A stretch of 24,000 nt of DNA from Serratia rhizosphaerae (GCF_009817885.1 NZ_CP041764.1:4436834-4460833); one strand, 5' to 3'; numbered from the stretch's first letter, positions 9,616 through 17,529 are shown. Notes: generated by a model not told the origin, from the sequence alone. Program-made: numbers and translations.

Positions 9616-9792
9616 GTGAGAACGCTGATCTTTATTTGTTGCATGTTGGGGTATGCGCTGGTGCTGGGGTATCTGGGCACCTTTTTGGCAGACAAAGTCT
9701 GCGAAGGTTACAGCAACTACAGCAAAATCTGCCGCATGGTGGATATCTCTGAACCACATATCTCCAAAACGCCGCCACATCCGGCGAGGTAA
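9616..9792 (+). CDS. Hypothetical small single-pass membrane protein (about 58 aa)
   Basis: Track ORF 9595..9792 has a TTG start. I favour the GTG at 9616, 8 nt after SD AAGGTGG (9601-9607). One hydrophobic helix (RTLIFICCMLGYALVLGYLGTFL) is followed by a Cys-containing tail (KVCEGYSNYSKICRMV). It ends inside its own terminator hairpin. No family recognised. Confidence 0.5.
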   Translation: MRTLIFICCMLGYALVLGYLGTFLADKVCEGYSNYSKICRMVDISEPHISKTPPHPAR

Positions 9793-9808
9793 TCGCCGGC
9801 CTTTTGTT
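9781..9808 (+). terminator. Rho-independent terminator of the small membrane-protein gene
   Basis: CCGGCGA-ggtaa-TCGCCGG: a 7-bp stem whose loop holds the TAA stop, followed by ccTTTTgTT. Confidence 0.55.
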
Positions 9809-9869
9809 CCTCACCTTGATTTTACTGCGATAGTCCTCGTAATTTTCTGATGGCAAACGCCAGGCGTAC

Positions 9870-9898
9870 TTGAACTCCCCGCCCATAAAAGATAATAA
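9870..9898 (+). promoter_or_regulatory. Candidate sigma-70 promoter of the TonB-dependent receptor gene
   Basis: TTGAAC (9870-9875), a 17-nt spacer, then TAATAA (9893-9898). The -10 is buried in the Fur box. Confidence 0.5.
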
Positions 9899-9915
9899 TT
9901 ATCATTGTTATTATC
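9891..9915. promoter_or_regulatory. Fur box (iron-responsive operator)
   Basis: GATAATAATTATCATTGTTATTATC compared with the consensus GATAATGATAATCATTATC. It is built from GATAAT/ATTATC hexamers and lies about 125 nt upstream of the receptor ATG. Confidence 0.8.
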
Positions 9916-10037
9916 TTTACCAATATTTTCATTTTCTTAACACCAGCGCACCGCATCATGTTCTGACCAGACTGTCATCGAAATCGTCTTGTCTTGTTGC
10001 GGTGTACATTTTACGGCTTCCAATAGGAATTACGGCT

Positions 10038-12155
10038 ATGTCTGGGATTTTTCCTGTCAAACGCTCCCGTCTGTTATGCGCTATTGCCCTGTTTTTACCG
10101 CTGTCCTCCTGGGCGGAGGATACGCTGCTGGTGACCGCCAAGCCGGCGGACACGGCGGATTCGGCAACCCATGGCTATACCGCCGGCACCAGCCAGGGGG
10201 CGACAAAAACCGACCGACCGCTGATTTTAACCGGGCAGGCGGTATCGGTGGTGACGCGTCAGCAGATGACCGACCAAAATGCCTTAACGGTCAACGATGC
10301 GTTGAAGTATACGCCGGGTGTGTTCACCAATTTTGCCGGCGGAGCGACGCGTTATGACACCATTGCGCTGCGGGGCTTTCACGGCGGCGATGTGAATAAC
10401 ACGTTTCTGGACGGGCTGAGGCTGCTGAGCGACAGCGGCAGTTACAACGCATTGCAGGTCGATCCCTGGTTCCTGGAGCGGGTTGACGTGATTAAAGGGC
10501 CGTCTTCGGTAATGTACGGCCAAAGCATTCCCGGCGGTCTGGTCGCCTTGACCAGTAAGCGGCCGCAGTTCGCCACCGAAGGGCACCTCAACCTGACGGG
10601 CGGCAATCACCATACCCAGGGCGGCGCGTTTGACGTGACCGGCGCGCTGTCGGATCAATGGGCATACCGCCTGACGGGCATGACGCGCAGCAGCGATACC
10701 ATGTATGACCACCAGCGCGAAGAGCGCTACGCGATTGCGCCGTCGCTGTTATGGCAACCGAGTGAAGATACCTCGCTGTTGCTGAAGGCCTACCTGCAAA
10801 AAGATCCGTCCGGCGGCTATCACAGCGCGGTGCCGGCGGACGGCAGCCTGTATGCCAGTCAGGGCGACAAGCTGGGGCGCGGGTTCTTTGACGGCGACAG
10901 CCGCCATAACGTATTCAAGCGTTGGGAGCAGATCTACAGCTATGCCTTCTCGCACCGGTTTAATGACGTCTGGACGTTCCGCCAAAACGCCAGCTACACC
11001 CATTCGAACGTCGAGCTGGAGCAGGTGTATCAGGCGGGCTGGAATGAGGAGCATACCTTGCTGAATCGCTATTACAGCGGATCCAGCACCTCGCTGGACG
11101 CCTACGCCGTGGATAACCAGCTGGAAGCCGAGTTTGCCACCGGGCCGTTGGACCATAAAGTGTTGCTGGGGCTGGACTACCAGCGCTTCCGCAATAATCT
11201 GTGGGATGAAAGCGGCGGCGCGTCACCGTTGAATCCCTATACCGGCGTAGCGGGGGAGCCGTTGCTGACCGACGTGGTGCGCACCGACTCGCGCCGTCAC
11301 TATCAGCAGACCGGCGTCTACCTGCAGGATGAGATCGCTCTGAACAACTGGTATCTCAACCTGGCCGGCCGTTACGATCGTCTGGAGAGTAAGAATACCA
11401 ACCTGACCGCCGACAGCACCGATTCGCGTAACGATCACCACTTCAGCGGCCGCGCCTCGCTGCTGTATCACTTCGACAGCGGCTTCTCGCCGTACGCCAG
11501 CTACAGCTCGGCGATCACCCCGGAGGCGCTGGCGGATAATGACGGCCATATGCTGAAACCCAGCACCAGCAAGCAGTATGAGGTCGGCCTGAAGTATCAG
11601 CCACCGGGCAGCACATCGTTGTACAGTGTGTCGCTGTATGACCTCACGCAAAAGGACGTGGCGAACCGGGTGGTGCAGCAAAGTTATTATGAACCTGCCG
11701 GTAAGGTGCATTCGCAGGGGATTGAGCTGGAAGCGCGTTCCCAGGTGACCGAACGCCTTAATGTGATTGCGGGTTACACCTATAACAAGGTGAAATTTAA
11801 AGACGCCATCGACGGCAATAACGGTAATACGCCGTATTTGGCACCGAACCAAATGGCAACGCTGTGGGGACAATATGATGCGGGTTACGGGCTGAATCTC
11901 GGCGCGGGCGTGCGTTATATCGGCAAGCAGTGGGCGGATAATGAAAATACCCAACGTATTCCGTCCGTGACCTTGCTGGACGCGTCAGTACGTATGAACC
12001 TGGCGCAGGTGGCGCCGAGCCTGAAAGGGGCGTACGTACAGCTGAACGTCAATAATCTGGCGGACAGAAAATATGTCGCGGCCTGTTACGGCACCAGCTA
12101 TTGCTATTGGGGGCAGGAACGCAGCGTGGTCGCGACGGTCGGTTACGACTTCTGA
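10038..12155 (+). CDS. TonB-dependent hydroxamate-siderophore outer-membrane receptor (FhuA/FoxA family)
   Basis: ORF 9870..12155 trimmed to the ATG at 10038 with SD AGGAA. The upstream in-frame codons cover the Fur box and promoter. Signal peptide MSGIFPVKRSRLLCAIALFLPLSSWA, then TonB box DTLLVTA. Plug motifs are TKTDRPL, ALRGF and IKGPSSVMYGQSIPGG. The C-terminal LNVNNLADRKYVAACYGTSYCYWGQERSVVATVGYDF parallels the E. coli FhuA C-terminus. Confidence 0.92.
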   Translation: MSGIFPVKRSRLLCAIALFLPLSSWAEDTLLVTAKPADTADSATHGYTAGTSQGATKTDRPLILTGQAVSVVTRQQMTDQNALTVNDALKYTPGVFTNFAGGATRYDTIALRGFHGGDVNNTFLDGLRLLSDSGSYNALQVDPWFLERVDVIKGPSSVMYGQSIPGGLVALTSKRPQFATEGHLNLTGGNHHTQGGAFDVTGALSDQWAYRLTGMTRSSDTMYDHQREERYAIAPSLLWQPSEDTSLLLKAYLQKDPSGGYHSAVPADGSLYASQGDKLGRGFFDGDSRHNVFKRWEQIYSYAFSHRFNDVWTFRQNASYTHSNVELEQVYQAGWNEEHTLLNRYYSGSSTSLDAYAVDNQLEAEFATGPLDHKVLLGLDYQRFRNNLWDESGGASPLNPYTGVAGEPLLTDVVRTDSRRHYQQTGVYLQDEIALNNWYLNLAGRYDRLESKNTNLTADSTDSRNDHHFSGRASLLYHFDSGFSPYASYSSAITPEALADNDGHMLKPSTSKQYEVGLKYQPPGSTSLYSVSLYDLTQKDVANRVVQQSYYEPAGKVHSQGIELEARSQVTERLNVIAGYTYNKVKFKDAIDGNNGNTPYLAPNQMATLWGQYDAGYGLNLGAGVRYIGKQWADNENTQRIPSVTLLDASVRMNLAQVAPSLKGAYVQLNVNNLADRKYVAACYGTSYCYWGQERSVVATVGYDF

Positions 12156-12161
12156 TCGGGC

Positions 12162-12196
12162 ATCGCCGCGCCGGCATGGATGAACGGCGCGGCGAT
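12162..12196. terminator. GC-rich 12-bp stem-loop between the convergent receptor gene and the small membrane-protein gene
   Basis: ATCGCCGCGCCG-gcatggatgaa-CGGCGCGGCGAT: a perfect stem with no U-run on either side, so terminator function is uncertain. It could be REP-like. Confidence 0.4.
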
Positions 12197-12208
12197 CTCG
12201 GCGGGTGC

Positions 12209-12394
12209 TCAGAACAGGGAAAACATGAGCACGACCGGTAAACTGAGCGGCCAGGTGAGGCCGATGGTGAGGGCGCTGAGACAGCGAATTTTAATCGTAT
12301 CCCGGCTGACCAGATAAGTAAAAACCACAGAGAATAAAAAGCCAAACAAATAAAAATATTGTGTTGCAACCCACAGCGACGACATGAAACCCAT
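12209..12394 (-). CDS. Hypothetical small two-helix membrane protein (about 58-61 aa)
   Basis: Track ORF 12209..12436 has a GTG start. In-frame ATGs lie at 12394 (MGFMSS...) and 12385 (MSSLW...). Two hydrophobic segments: LWVATQYFYLFGFLFSVVFTYLV and LSALTIGLTWPLSLPVVLMFSLF. It is visibly AT-rich relative to its neighbours. No family recognised and the SD is weak. Confidence 0.4.
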   Translation of the reverse strand: MGFMSSLWVATQYFYLFGFLFSVVFTYLVSRDTIKIRCLSALTIGLTWPLSLPVVLMFSLF

Positions 12395-12565
12395 TCCAGT
12401 AATATTTCTCAGCGCGCATTCTAGGAGTATCGCCACCTATAATCAACGACCAGCGCCGACTAATCATGGCGTGCGTTATTCCCCGGCGTCATATATCCCT
12501 ATAAATAACAGGCCATCACCGGGCGTAAGACTACGCCGAAAAATAGACGCGGTGCTGATAACTTT

Positions 12566-12594
12566 TTGAAAATATTAAGCAGATATAATATGTT
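12566..12594 (+). promoter_or_regulatory. Candidate sigma-70 promoter of yqaE
   Basis: TTGAAA (12566-12571), a 17-nt spacer, then TATGTT (12589-12594). A TATAAT hexamer at 12584-12589 overlaps it but has only a 12-nt spacer. Confidence 0.35.
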
Positions 12595-12624
12595 GACGGG
12601 GAACAAGCACACAGAGGAGGCATT

Positions 12625-12786
12625 ATGGGCTTTTGGCGTATCGTATTTACCATCCTTATACCGCCACTGGGCGTGCTGCTGGGCAAAGGATTAGGCGGCG
12701 CATTTATTTTGAATATTATTCTGACGTTGCTGGGATATTTCCCGGGCCTGATTCATGCGTTTTGGGTGCAGACCAAAGATTCCTGA
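12625..12786 (+). CDS. yqaE: Pmp3/YqaE-family small hydrophobic proteolipid (53 aa)
   Basis: Below the ORF-track size cut-off and found by hand. Strong SD GAGGAGG (12614-12620) precedes the ATG at 12625. MGFWRIVFTILIPPLGVLLGKGLGGAFILNIILTLLGYFPGLIHAFWVQTKDS is near-identical to E. coli YqaE as I recall it. Confidence 0.85.
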   Translation: MGFWRIVFTILIPPLGVLLGKGLGGAFILNIILTLLGYFPGLIHAFWVQTKDS

Positions 12787-12795
12787 TGGAAGAGG

Positions 12796-12818
12796 AGGGC
12801 CGGGGAATACCCGGCCCT
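12796..12818. terminator. GC-rich hairpin between convergent yqaE and yeaH
   Basis: AGGGCCGGG-gaata-CCCGGCCCT: a 9-bp stem with no clear U-run on either strand. Confidence 0.5.
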
Positions 12819-12830
12819 GAGAAACGGCCT

Positions 12831-14099
12831 TCAGGCGGTTTGGGTGTGGAACAGCTCGCGGAATACCGGATAGATGTCGTCCGGTTCACGAATGTGCTGC
12901 ATGGCAAAGTTGTCGAACCTGGCCTGTAGGTTTTCATATTCACGCCACAGGGTTTGATGCGCCCGGCGGGTAATTTCGATATAGCTGTAGTAGCGCACGA
13001 TCGGCAGCAGTTTTTTCGCCAGCAACTCATGGCACAGCGGGGAGTCATCGGCCCAGTTGTCGCCGTCCGACGCCTGCGCCGCGTAGATGTTCCACTGCGC
13101 CGGGTTGTAACGCTCCTCCACCACCTCGCTCATCAGCTTCAGCGCGCTGGAAACGATGGTGCCGCCGGTTTCCTGCGAGTAGAAAAACTCTTGCTCGTCG
13201 ACTTCTTTGGCCTGCGTATGGTGGCGGATATACACCACCTCGACGTTTTTGTAGGTACGGCTCAGGAACAGATAGAGCAGGATATAAAAACGTTTGGCCA
13301 TATCTTTCGTCGCCTGATCCATTGAACCAGAAACGTCCATCAGGCAGAACATCACCGCCTGGCTGGAGGGCTCCGGACGGCGTTCGTAATTCTTGTAGCG
13401 TAAATCGAAGGTATCGATAAAGGGGACGCGTTCGATTTTCTGCCGCAGTTCGGCAATGTCTTTACGCAGCCGCTCCTCTTCCAACAGCTGTGCCGGCTCG
13501 GTGTTCTCCATGGTAGTCAACTGCTCTTCCAACTGGCGCAGCTCGCGGCGTTTGCCGGCAGTCATCGCCGTACGCCGCGCCAGTGAGTTTTGCAGGGAGC
13601 GTACGATGCTGATGTTGGCGGGCACGCCGTTGGCGGTAAAACCGGCGCGATGGGTTTTGAATTCGGTGAGCTGTTTGTACTCATTTTTCTTCAGGTTCGG
13701 CAGCGCCAAATCTTCAAACAGCAGGTCGAGATATTCGTCTTTGGAGATCTGGAAGACGAAATCATCCTGACCCTCACCGTCCTGGCTGGCGTTGCCCTGA
13801 CCGCTGCCGCCGCCACCACCGCCCTGTGGCCGTTCGACGCGATCGTTCTGTACGAAATGATCGTTACCGGGATGGACGCGATGGCGCGTGCCGCCGCGCC
13901 CCTGATGAAACATCGGTTCGTTGATATCGGCGTTGGGAATCGATACGGATTCGCCACTGTCTATGTCGGTGACCGAACGCTTGTTGATGGCTTCGGCGAT
14001 CGACTGTTTAATTTGCGACTTGTAGCGGCGCAGAAAGCGCTGGCGATTCACCATGCTTTTGTTTTTGCCGTTCAGCCGTCGATCAATGAAATAAGCCAT
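12831..14099 (-). CDS. yeaH: YeaH (DUF444, vWA-like domain), partner of the YeaG/PrkA kinase
   Basis: ORF 12831..14120 trimmed to the ATG at 14099 ([27 protein letters not shown]), preceded by SD GGGGGAA. Gly-rich linker [10 protein letters not shown]. The MIDAS-like motif is CLMDVSGSM. It matches E. coli YeaH along its length. Confidence 0.94.
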   Translation of the reverse strand: MAYFIDRRLNGKNKSMVNRQRFLRRYKSQIKQSIAEAINKRSVTDIDSGESVSIPNADINEPMFHQGRGGTRHRVHPGNDHFVQNDRVERPQGGGGGGSGQGNASQDGEGQDDFVFQISKDEYLDLLFEDLALPNLKKNEYKQLTEFKTHRAGFTANGVPANISIVRSLQNSLARRTAMTAGKRRELRQLEEQLTTMENTEPAQLLEEERLRKDIAELRQKIERVPFIDTFDLRYKNYERRPEPSSQAVMFCLMDVSGSMDQATKDMAKRFYILLYLFLSRTYKNVEVVYIRHHTQAKEVDEQEFFYSQETGGTIVSSALKLMSEVVEERYNPAQWNIYAAQASDGDNWADDSPLCHELLAKKLLPIVRYYSYIEITRRAHQTLWREYENLQARFDNFAMQHIREPDDIYPVFRELFHTQTA

Positions 14100-14200
14100 A
14101 GTTCCCCCAACCATTGCCAACTTTCTATGCCCTGACGCCCGCGAACCGCAGCCCGCGGGCCATTAAGGCATCCCTCTACGACGTCACTCGCAGCGCGTTA

Positions 14201-16135
14201 TCAGGAGGATTTTCTGACCCGCAGATACCATTCGCACAGTAAACGCACCTGCTTGCGGGTATAGCCTTTTTCCATCATGCGATCGACAAAGTCGTCGTGT
14301 TTCTTCTGTTCGTCCGTGGAGGTTTTCGCGTTAAAGGAGATGACCGGCAGCAGTTCTTCGGTATTCGAGAACATTTTCTTCTCGATAACCGTGCGCAGCT
14401 TCTCATAACTGGTCCAGTTAGGATTACGGCCATTGTTGTTTGCCCGGGCGCGCAGTACGAAGTTGACGATTTCATTACGGAAATCTTTCGGGTTGCTGAT
14501 GCCGGCAGGTTTTTCAATTTTCTCCAGTTCGGCGTTGAGCGATTCACGATCAAACAGCTGGCCGGTATCCGGATCGCGGTACTCCTGATCCTGGATCCAG
14601 AAGTCCGCATAGGTCACGTAGCGGTCGAAAATATTCTGACCGTACTCGGAGTAGGACTCCAGATAGGCGGTCTGGATCTCTTTGCCGATAAACTCGGCGT
14701 ATTTCGGGATCAGATAACCTTTCAGGTGCTCCAGATATTTTTCCGCCAGATCCTGCGGGAATTGTTCACGTTCGATCTGCTGTTCCAGCACGTAGAACAG
14801 GTGCACCGGGTTGGCCGCCACCTCGGTATGATCGAAGTTAAACACGCGTGACAAAATTTTGAAGGCGAAGCGGGTCGACAGGCCGTTCATCCCTTCATCT
14901 ACGCCGGCATAGTCGCGGTATTCCTGATACGACTTGGCCTTCGGATCGGTATCTTTCAGACTTTCACCGTCGTAAACGCGCATTTTTGAGTAGAGGCTGG
15001 AATTTTCCGGCTCTTTCAGCCGCGACAGCACGGTAAAGCGCGCCAGCGTTTCCAGCGTGCCGGGCGCGCACGGCGCGTGGGTCAGTTCACTGTGATCGAG
15101 CAGTTTGTCGTAGATTTTTATCTCTTCCGACACTCGCAGGCAGTACGGCACCTTGACGATATAGACTCGGTCAAGGAAGGCTTCGTTGTTTTTGTTGTTG
15201 CGGAACGTCACCCATTCCGATTCGTTGGAGTGGGCCAGAATAATACCGTTGAACGGCAGGGCGGAAATGCCTTCGGTACCGTTATAGTTGCCTTCCTGCG
15301 TGGCGGTCAGCAGCGGGTGCAGCACCTTGATCGGCGCCTTAAACATTTCAACAAACTCCATCAGCCCCTGGTTGGCCCGGCAAAGGGCGCCGGAATAACC
15401 GTAGGCGTCAGGGTCGTTTTGTGCGTGGTTTTCCAATTTTCGGATATCCACTTTACCGACCAGGGCCGAAATATCCTGGTTGTTCTCATCGCCAGGCTCG
15501 GTCTTGGCGATGGCAATCTGTTCGAGAATCGACGGACGTACTTTCACCACTTTGAACTTGGTGATGTCACCGCCAAATTCATGGAGCCGCTTCGCCGCCC
15601 ATGGCGACATAATGGTGCCGAGATAGCGGCGTGGGATGTTGTACTCTTTTTCCAGGATGCCGGCGTCTTCCTGCGGATTGAACAGGCATAAAGGATGGTC
15701 ATTTACCGGGCTGCGTTCGCCGTTGGCGCTTAACGTATAGATAGGCACCAGCTGCATCAACGCTTTCAGCCGTTCGGCCAGCGAGGATTTACCGCCGCCG
15801 ACCGGCCCCAGCAGATACAGAATCTGCTTTTTCTCTTCCAGGCCCTGTGCGGCGTGTTTCAGGTAAGAGACGATCTGCTCGATCGCCTCCTCCATGCCGT
15901 AGAACTCTTCAAAGGCCGGATAGCGTGCGATCACGCGGTTGGAGAACAGGCGCGACATGCGAGACTCAAGCGCGGTGTCGACCATGACCGGTTCACCGAT
16001 AGCCATCAGCAGACGTTCCGCGGCATTGGCGTAGGCACTGCGATCTTCCCGGCAAATGGTAAGAAATTCCTGCAGTGTGAACTCTTCGTCCTTGGCAGCT
16101 TCATAGCGCTGGCGATAGTGGTCAAATATGTTCAT
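14201..16135 (-). CDS. yeaG: PrkA-family serine protein kinase / AAA+ ATPase YeaG
   Basis: 644 aa, the same length as E. coli YeaG. MNIFDHYRQRYEAAKDEEFTLQEFL at the N-terminus. Walker A is LLGPVGGGKSSL. It lies 101 nt upstream of yeaH on the same strand, so they probably form an operon. Confidence 0.96.
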   Translation of the reverse strand: MNIFDHYRQRYEAAKDEEFTLQEFLTICREDRSAYANAAERLLMAIGEPVMVDTALESRMSRLFSNRVIARYPAFEEFYGMEEAIEQIVSYLKHAAQGLEEKKQILYLLGPVGGGKSSLAERLKALMQLVPIYTLSANGERSPVNDHPLCLFNPQEDAGILEKEYNIPRRYLGTIMSPWAAKRLHEFGGDITKFKVVKVRPSILEQIAIAKTEPGDENNQDISALVGKVDIRKLENHAQNDPDAYGYSGALCRANQGLMEFVEMFKAPIKVLHPLLTATQEGNYNGTEGISALPFNGIILAHSNESEWVTFRNNKNNEAFLDRVYIVKVPYCLRVSEEIKIYDKLLDHSELTHAPCAPGTLETLARFTVLSRLKEPENSSLYSKMRVYDGESLKDTDPKAKSYQEYRDYAGVDEGMNGLSTRFAFKILSRVFNFDHTEVAANPVHLFYVLEQQIEREQFPQDLAEKYLEHLKGYLIPKYAEFIGKEIQTAYLESYSEYGQNIFDRYVTYADFWIQDQEYRDPDTGQLFDRESLNAELEKIEKPAGISNPKDFRNEIVNFVLRARANNNGRNPNWTSYEKLRTVIEKKMFSNTEELLPVISFNAKTSTDEQKKHDDFVDRMMEKGYTRKQVRLLCEWYLRVRKSS

Positions 16136-16197
16136 GGCGATGCCCGTCCTTTCGTTATTAGCACAGGTTAAAGGGAGCAGGTGATAGACCCGTTGGG

Positions 16198-16230
16198 ATT
16201 GAGGCTGCGGCCGTAGCGCCGCAACTCAAT
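16198..16230 (-). other. Interrupted stem-loop in the predicted yeaG 5' leader
   Basis: ATTGAG..TGCGGC-cgtagc-GCCGCA.CTCAAT: 12 paired positions with a small bulge. It sits between the sigma-54 promoter and the yeaG SD. Confidence 0.35.
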
Positions 16231-16282
16231 AACATTGGGTACCCATTCCGGCCCCCGAAAGAAGAAGTTAAAACCTGAGTAC

Positions 16283-16298
16283 AGCAACCCGTATGCCA
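16283..16298 (-). promoter_or_regulatory. Sigma-54 (RpoN) -24/-12 promoter for yeaG-yeaH
   Basis: The minus strand reads TGGCATacgggTTGCT against the consensus TGGCAC-N5-TTGCA. GG and GC have exact spacing and there is one mismatch. The predicted start lies about 135 nt upstream of the yeaG ATG. E. coli yeaGH is reported to be NtrC/sigma-54 dependent. Confidence 0.75.
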
Positions 16299-16740
16299 AC
16301 CTGTTGCGCTTATTATCGCGAGTTGCGCTGTATTGCCACTGGGCTCAGGGTCATTTCAGCTTCTTATTTAAGCGTAGTTGGCATAGCGGAAAATTTCCTG
16401 TCAGCGAAAAAGCTTTTTTTAAGTCATATCAATGACTCAGTTATTTCAGGGACAAAGGCGGGCCTTATTGGCTGCGGTCTGAGGGGGGAAACGTCATGTT
16501 TCTGACATGCGTTATACATATTTCGGCATTAATGTTGCCGATCCGGCGTGATTTAACATGTAAAGATAAAGCGCATCACTTAAATTTCACCTAGAATATG
16601 ACGCTATTTTAACGGCTCCGATCCGAGCATGGCATGACAACGCTGCTTCACGGATGGCCTAGGGGCGTCTGCATCGGGCGCGTGTTGCCGAGCTGGCGAC
16701 GCAACGTGTTTATACAAGAACAACGAGGGGAATCGAACGG

Positions 16741-17487
16741 GTGAAAATTTTCAAATTCAAAACGTTGGCAATCGCCGGCGCACTGCTGTGCGCGCAGGGC
16801 GCTCAGGCGGGAACCTGGTCGCTGGGGGCGTCGGCGCTGCTGACGCCGGATCCTTATCGGGGCAACAACACCCGTCTGTATCCGGTGCCGGTGATCAACT
16901 ATGACAGTGAGGATTTTTACTTCCATACGCTGACCGCCGGTTATTACCTGTGGAATGATGAGGTCAACAAACTCAGCGTGATGGCGTACTACTCACCGCT
17001 GCACTTTAAACCGGGCGACAGCGACGACGATCGCATGAAACGACTGGATAAGCGCCGCGGCACGCTGATGGCCGGGCTGGCCTATTCGCACAATGCCGAG
17101 TGGGGCACGCTGCGTGCGGCCTTCAGCGGCGATACGCTGGATAACAGCAACGGGCTGGTCGGCGACCTGGCCTATCTGTACAAGTTCCAGGCGGGCGACT
17201 GGAGCCTGGCGCCGGGCGTCGGCGTGACCTGGAGCAGTAAAAACCAGAATAAATACTACTATGGCGTGAGCGACAATGAGTCGCGCCGCAGCGGCCTGAA
17301 CAGCTACAAACCGAGCGACAGCTGGGCGCCATACTTTGAACTGACGGCGAACTATCAGATCAACAAGAGCTGGAACGCCTTCTTTATGGGACGCTATGTG
17401 CGCTTGTCGGATGAAGTCAAGGACAGCCCGATGGTGGACAAATCTTACGACGGCATGCTGTGGAGCGGTGTCACGTACACCTTCTGA
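16741..17487 (+). CDS. mipA: MltA-interacting outer-membrane scaffold protein MipA
   Basis: 248 aa from a GTG start with SD GAGGGGA 10 nt upstream. Signal peptide MKIFKFKTLAIAGALLCAQGAQA. YPVPVINY, GYYLWND, AGDTLDNSNG, YYYGVS and RLSDEVKDSPMVDKS match E. coli MipA. Confidence 0.93.
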   Translation: MKIFKFKTLAIAGALLCAQGAQAGTWSLGASALLTPDPYRGNNTRLYPVPVINYDSEDFYFHTLTAGYYLWNDEVNKLSVMAYYSPLHFKPGDSDDDRMKRLDKRRGTLMAGLAYSHNAEWGTLRAAFSGDTLDNSNGLVGDLAYLYKFQAGDWSLAPGVGVTWSSKNQNKYYYGVSDNESRRSGLNSYKPSDSWAPYFELTANYQINKSWNAFFMGRYVRLSDEVKDSPMVDKSYDGMLWSGVTYTF

Positions 17488-17509
17488 TCGCGGATGTACG
17501 GTAAGAGAA

Positions 17510-17529
17510 AAGGGGCGCTATCGCCCCTT
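17510..17529. terminator. Terminator hairpin, copy 1 (A-run on its left, no T-run on its right)
   Basis: AAGGGGCG-ctat-CGCCCCTT, preceded by agagaaa and followed by gggg. It is identical over 20 nt to 17734-17753. Confidence 0.6.

Noticed and set aside
9870-10037. 56-codon N-terminal extension of the receptor ORF (MNSPPIKDNNYHCYY...)
   Set aside because: The extension spans the Fur box and promoter, is AT-rich, and lacks an SD. The ATG at 10038 gives a canonical signal peptide plus TonB box.
10284-11954. Minus-strand ORFs of 135-243 aa inside the TonB-dependent receptor gene
   Set aside because: They are shadow ORFs opposite a receptor that has clear family motifs along its full length. Their composition is Arg/Gln/Val-rich junk.
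12633-12929. 98-aa plus-strand ORF overlapping yqaE and the yeaH 3' end
   Set aside because: It is out of frame with the strongly supported yqaE and reads through the intergenic hairpin into yeaH antisense.
13590-15691. Plus-strand ORFs (104-204 aa) overlapping yeaH and yeaG
   Set aside because: Same reasoning: they are antisense to two near-full-length matches to known proteins.
16235-16505. 66-aa and 70-aa plus-strand ORFs in the yeaG-mipA spacer
   Set aside because: They overlap the sigma-54 promoter and its upstream region, and have no SD and no conservation signal that I can see.
16722-16740. GGAATCGAAC string resembling the complement of a tRNA T-loop (GTTCGATTCC)
   Set aside because: The flanking bases cannot form a T-arm stem, and no acceptor or anticodon arms are present. 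The segment is the mipA ribosome-binding region.
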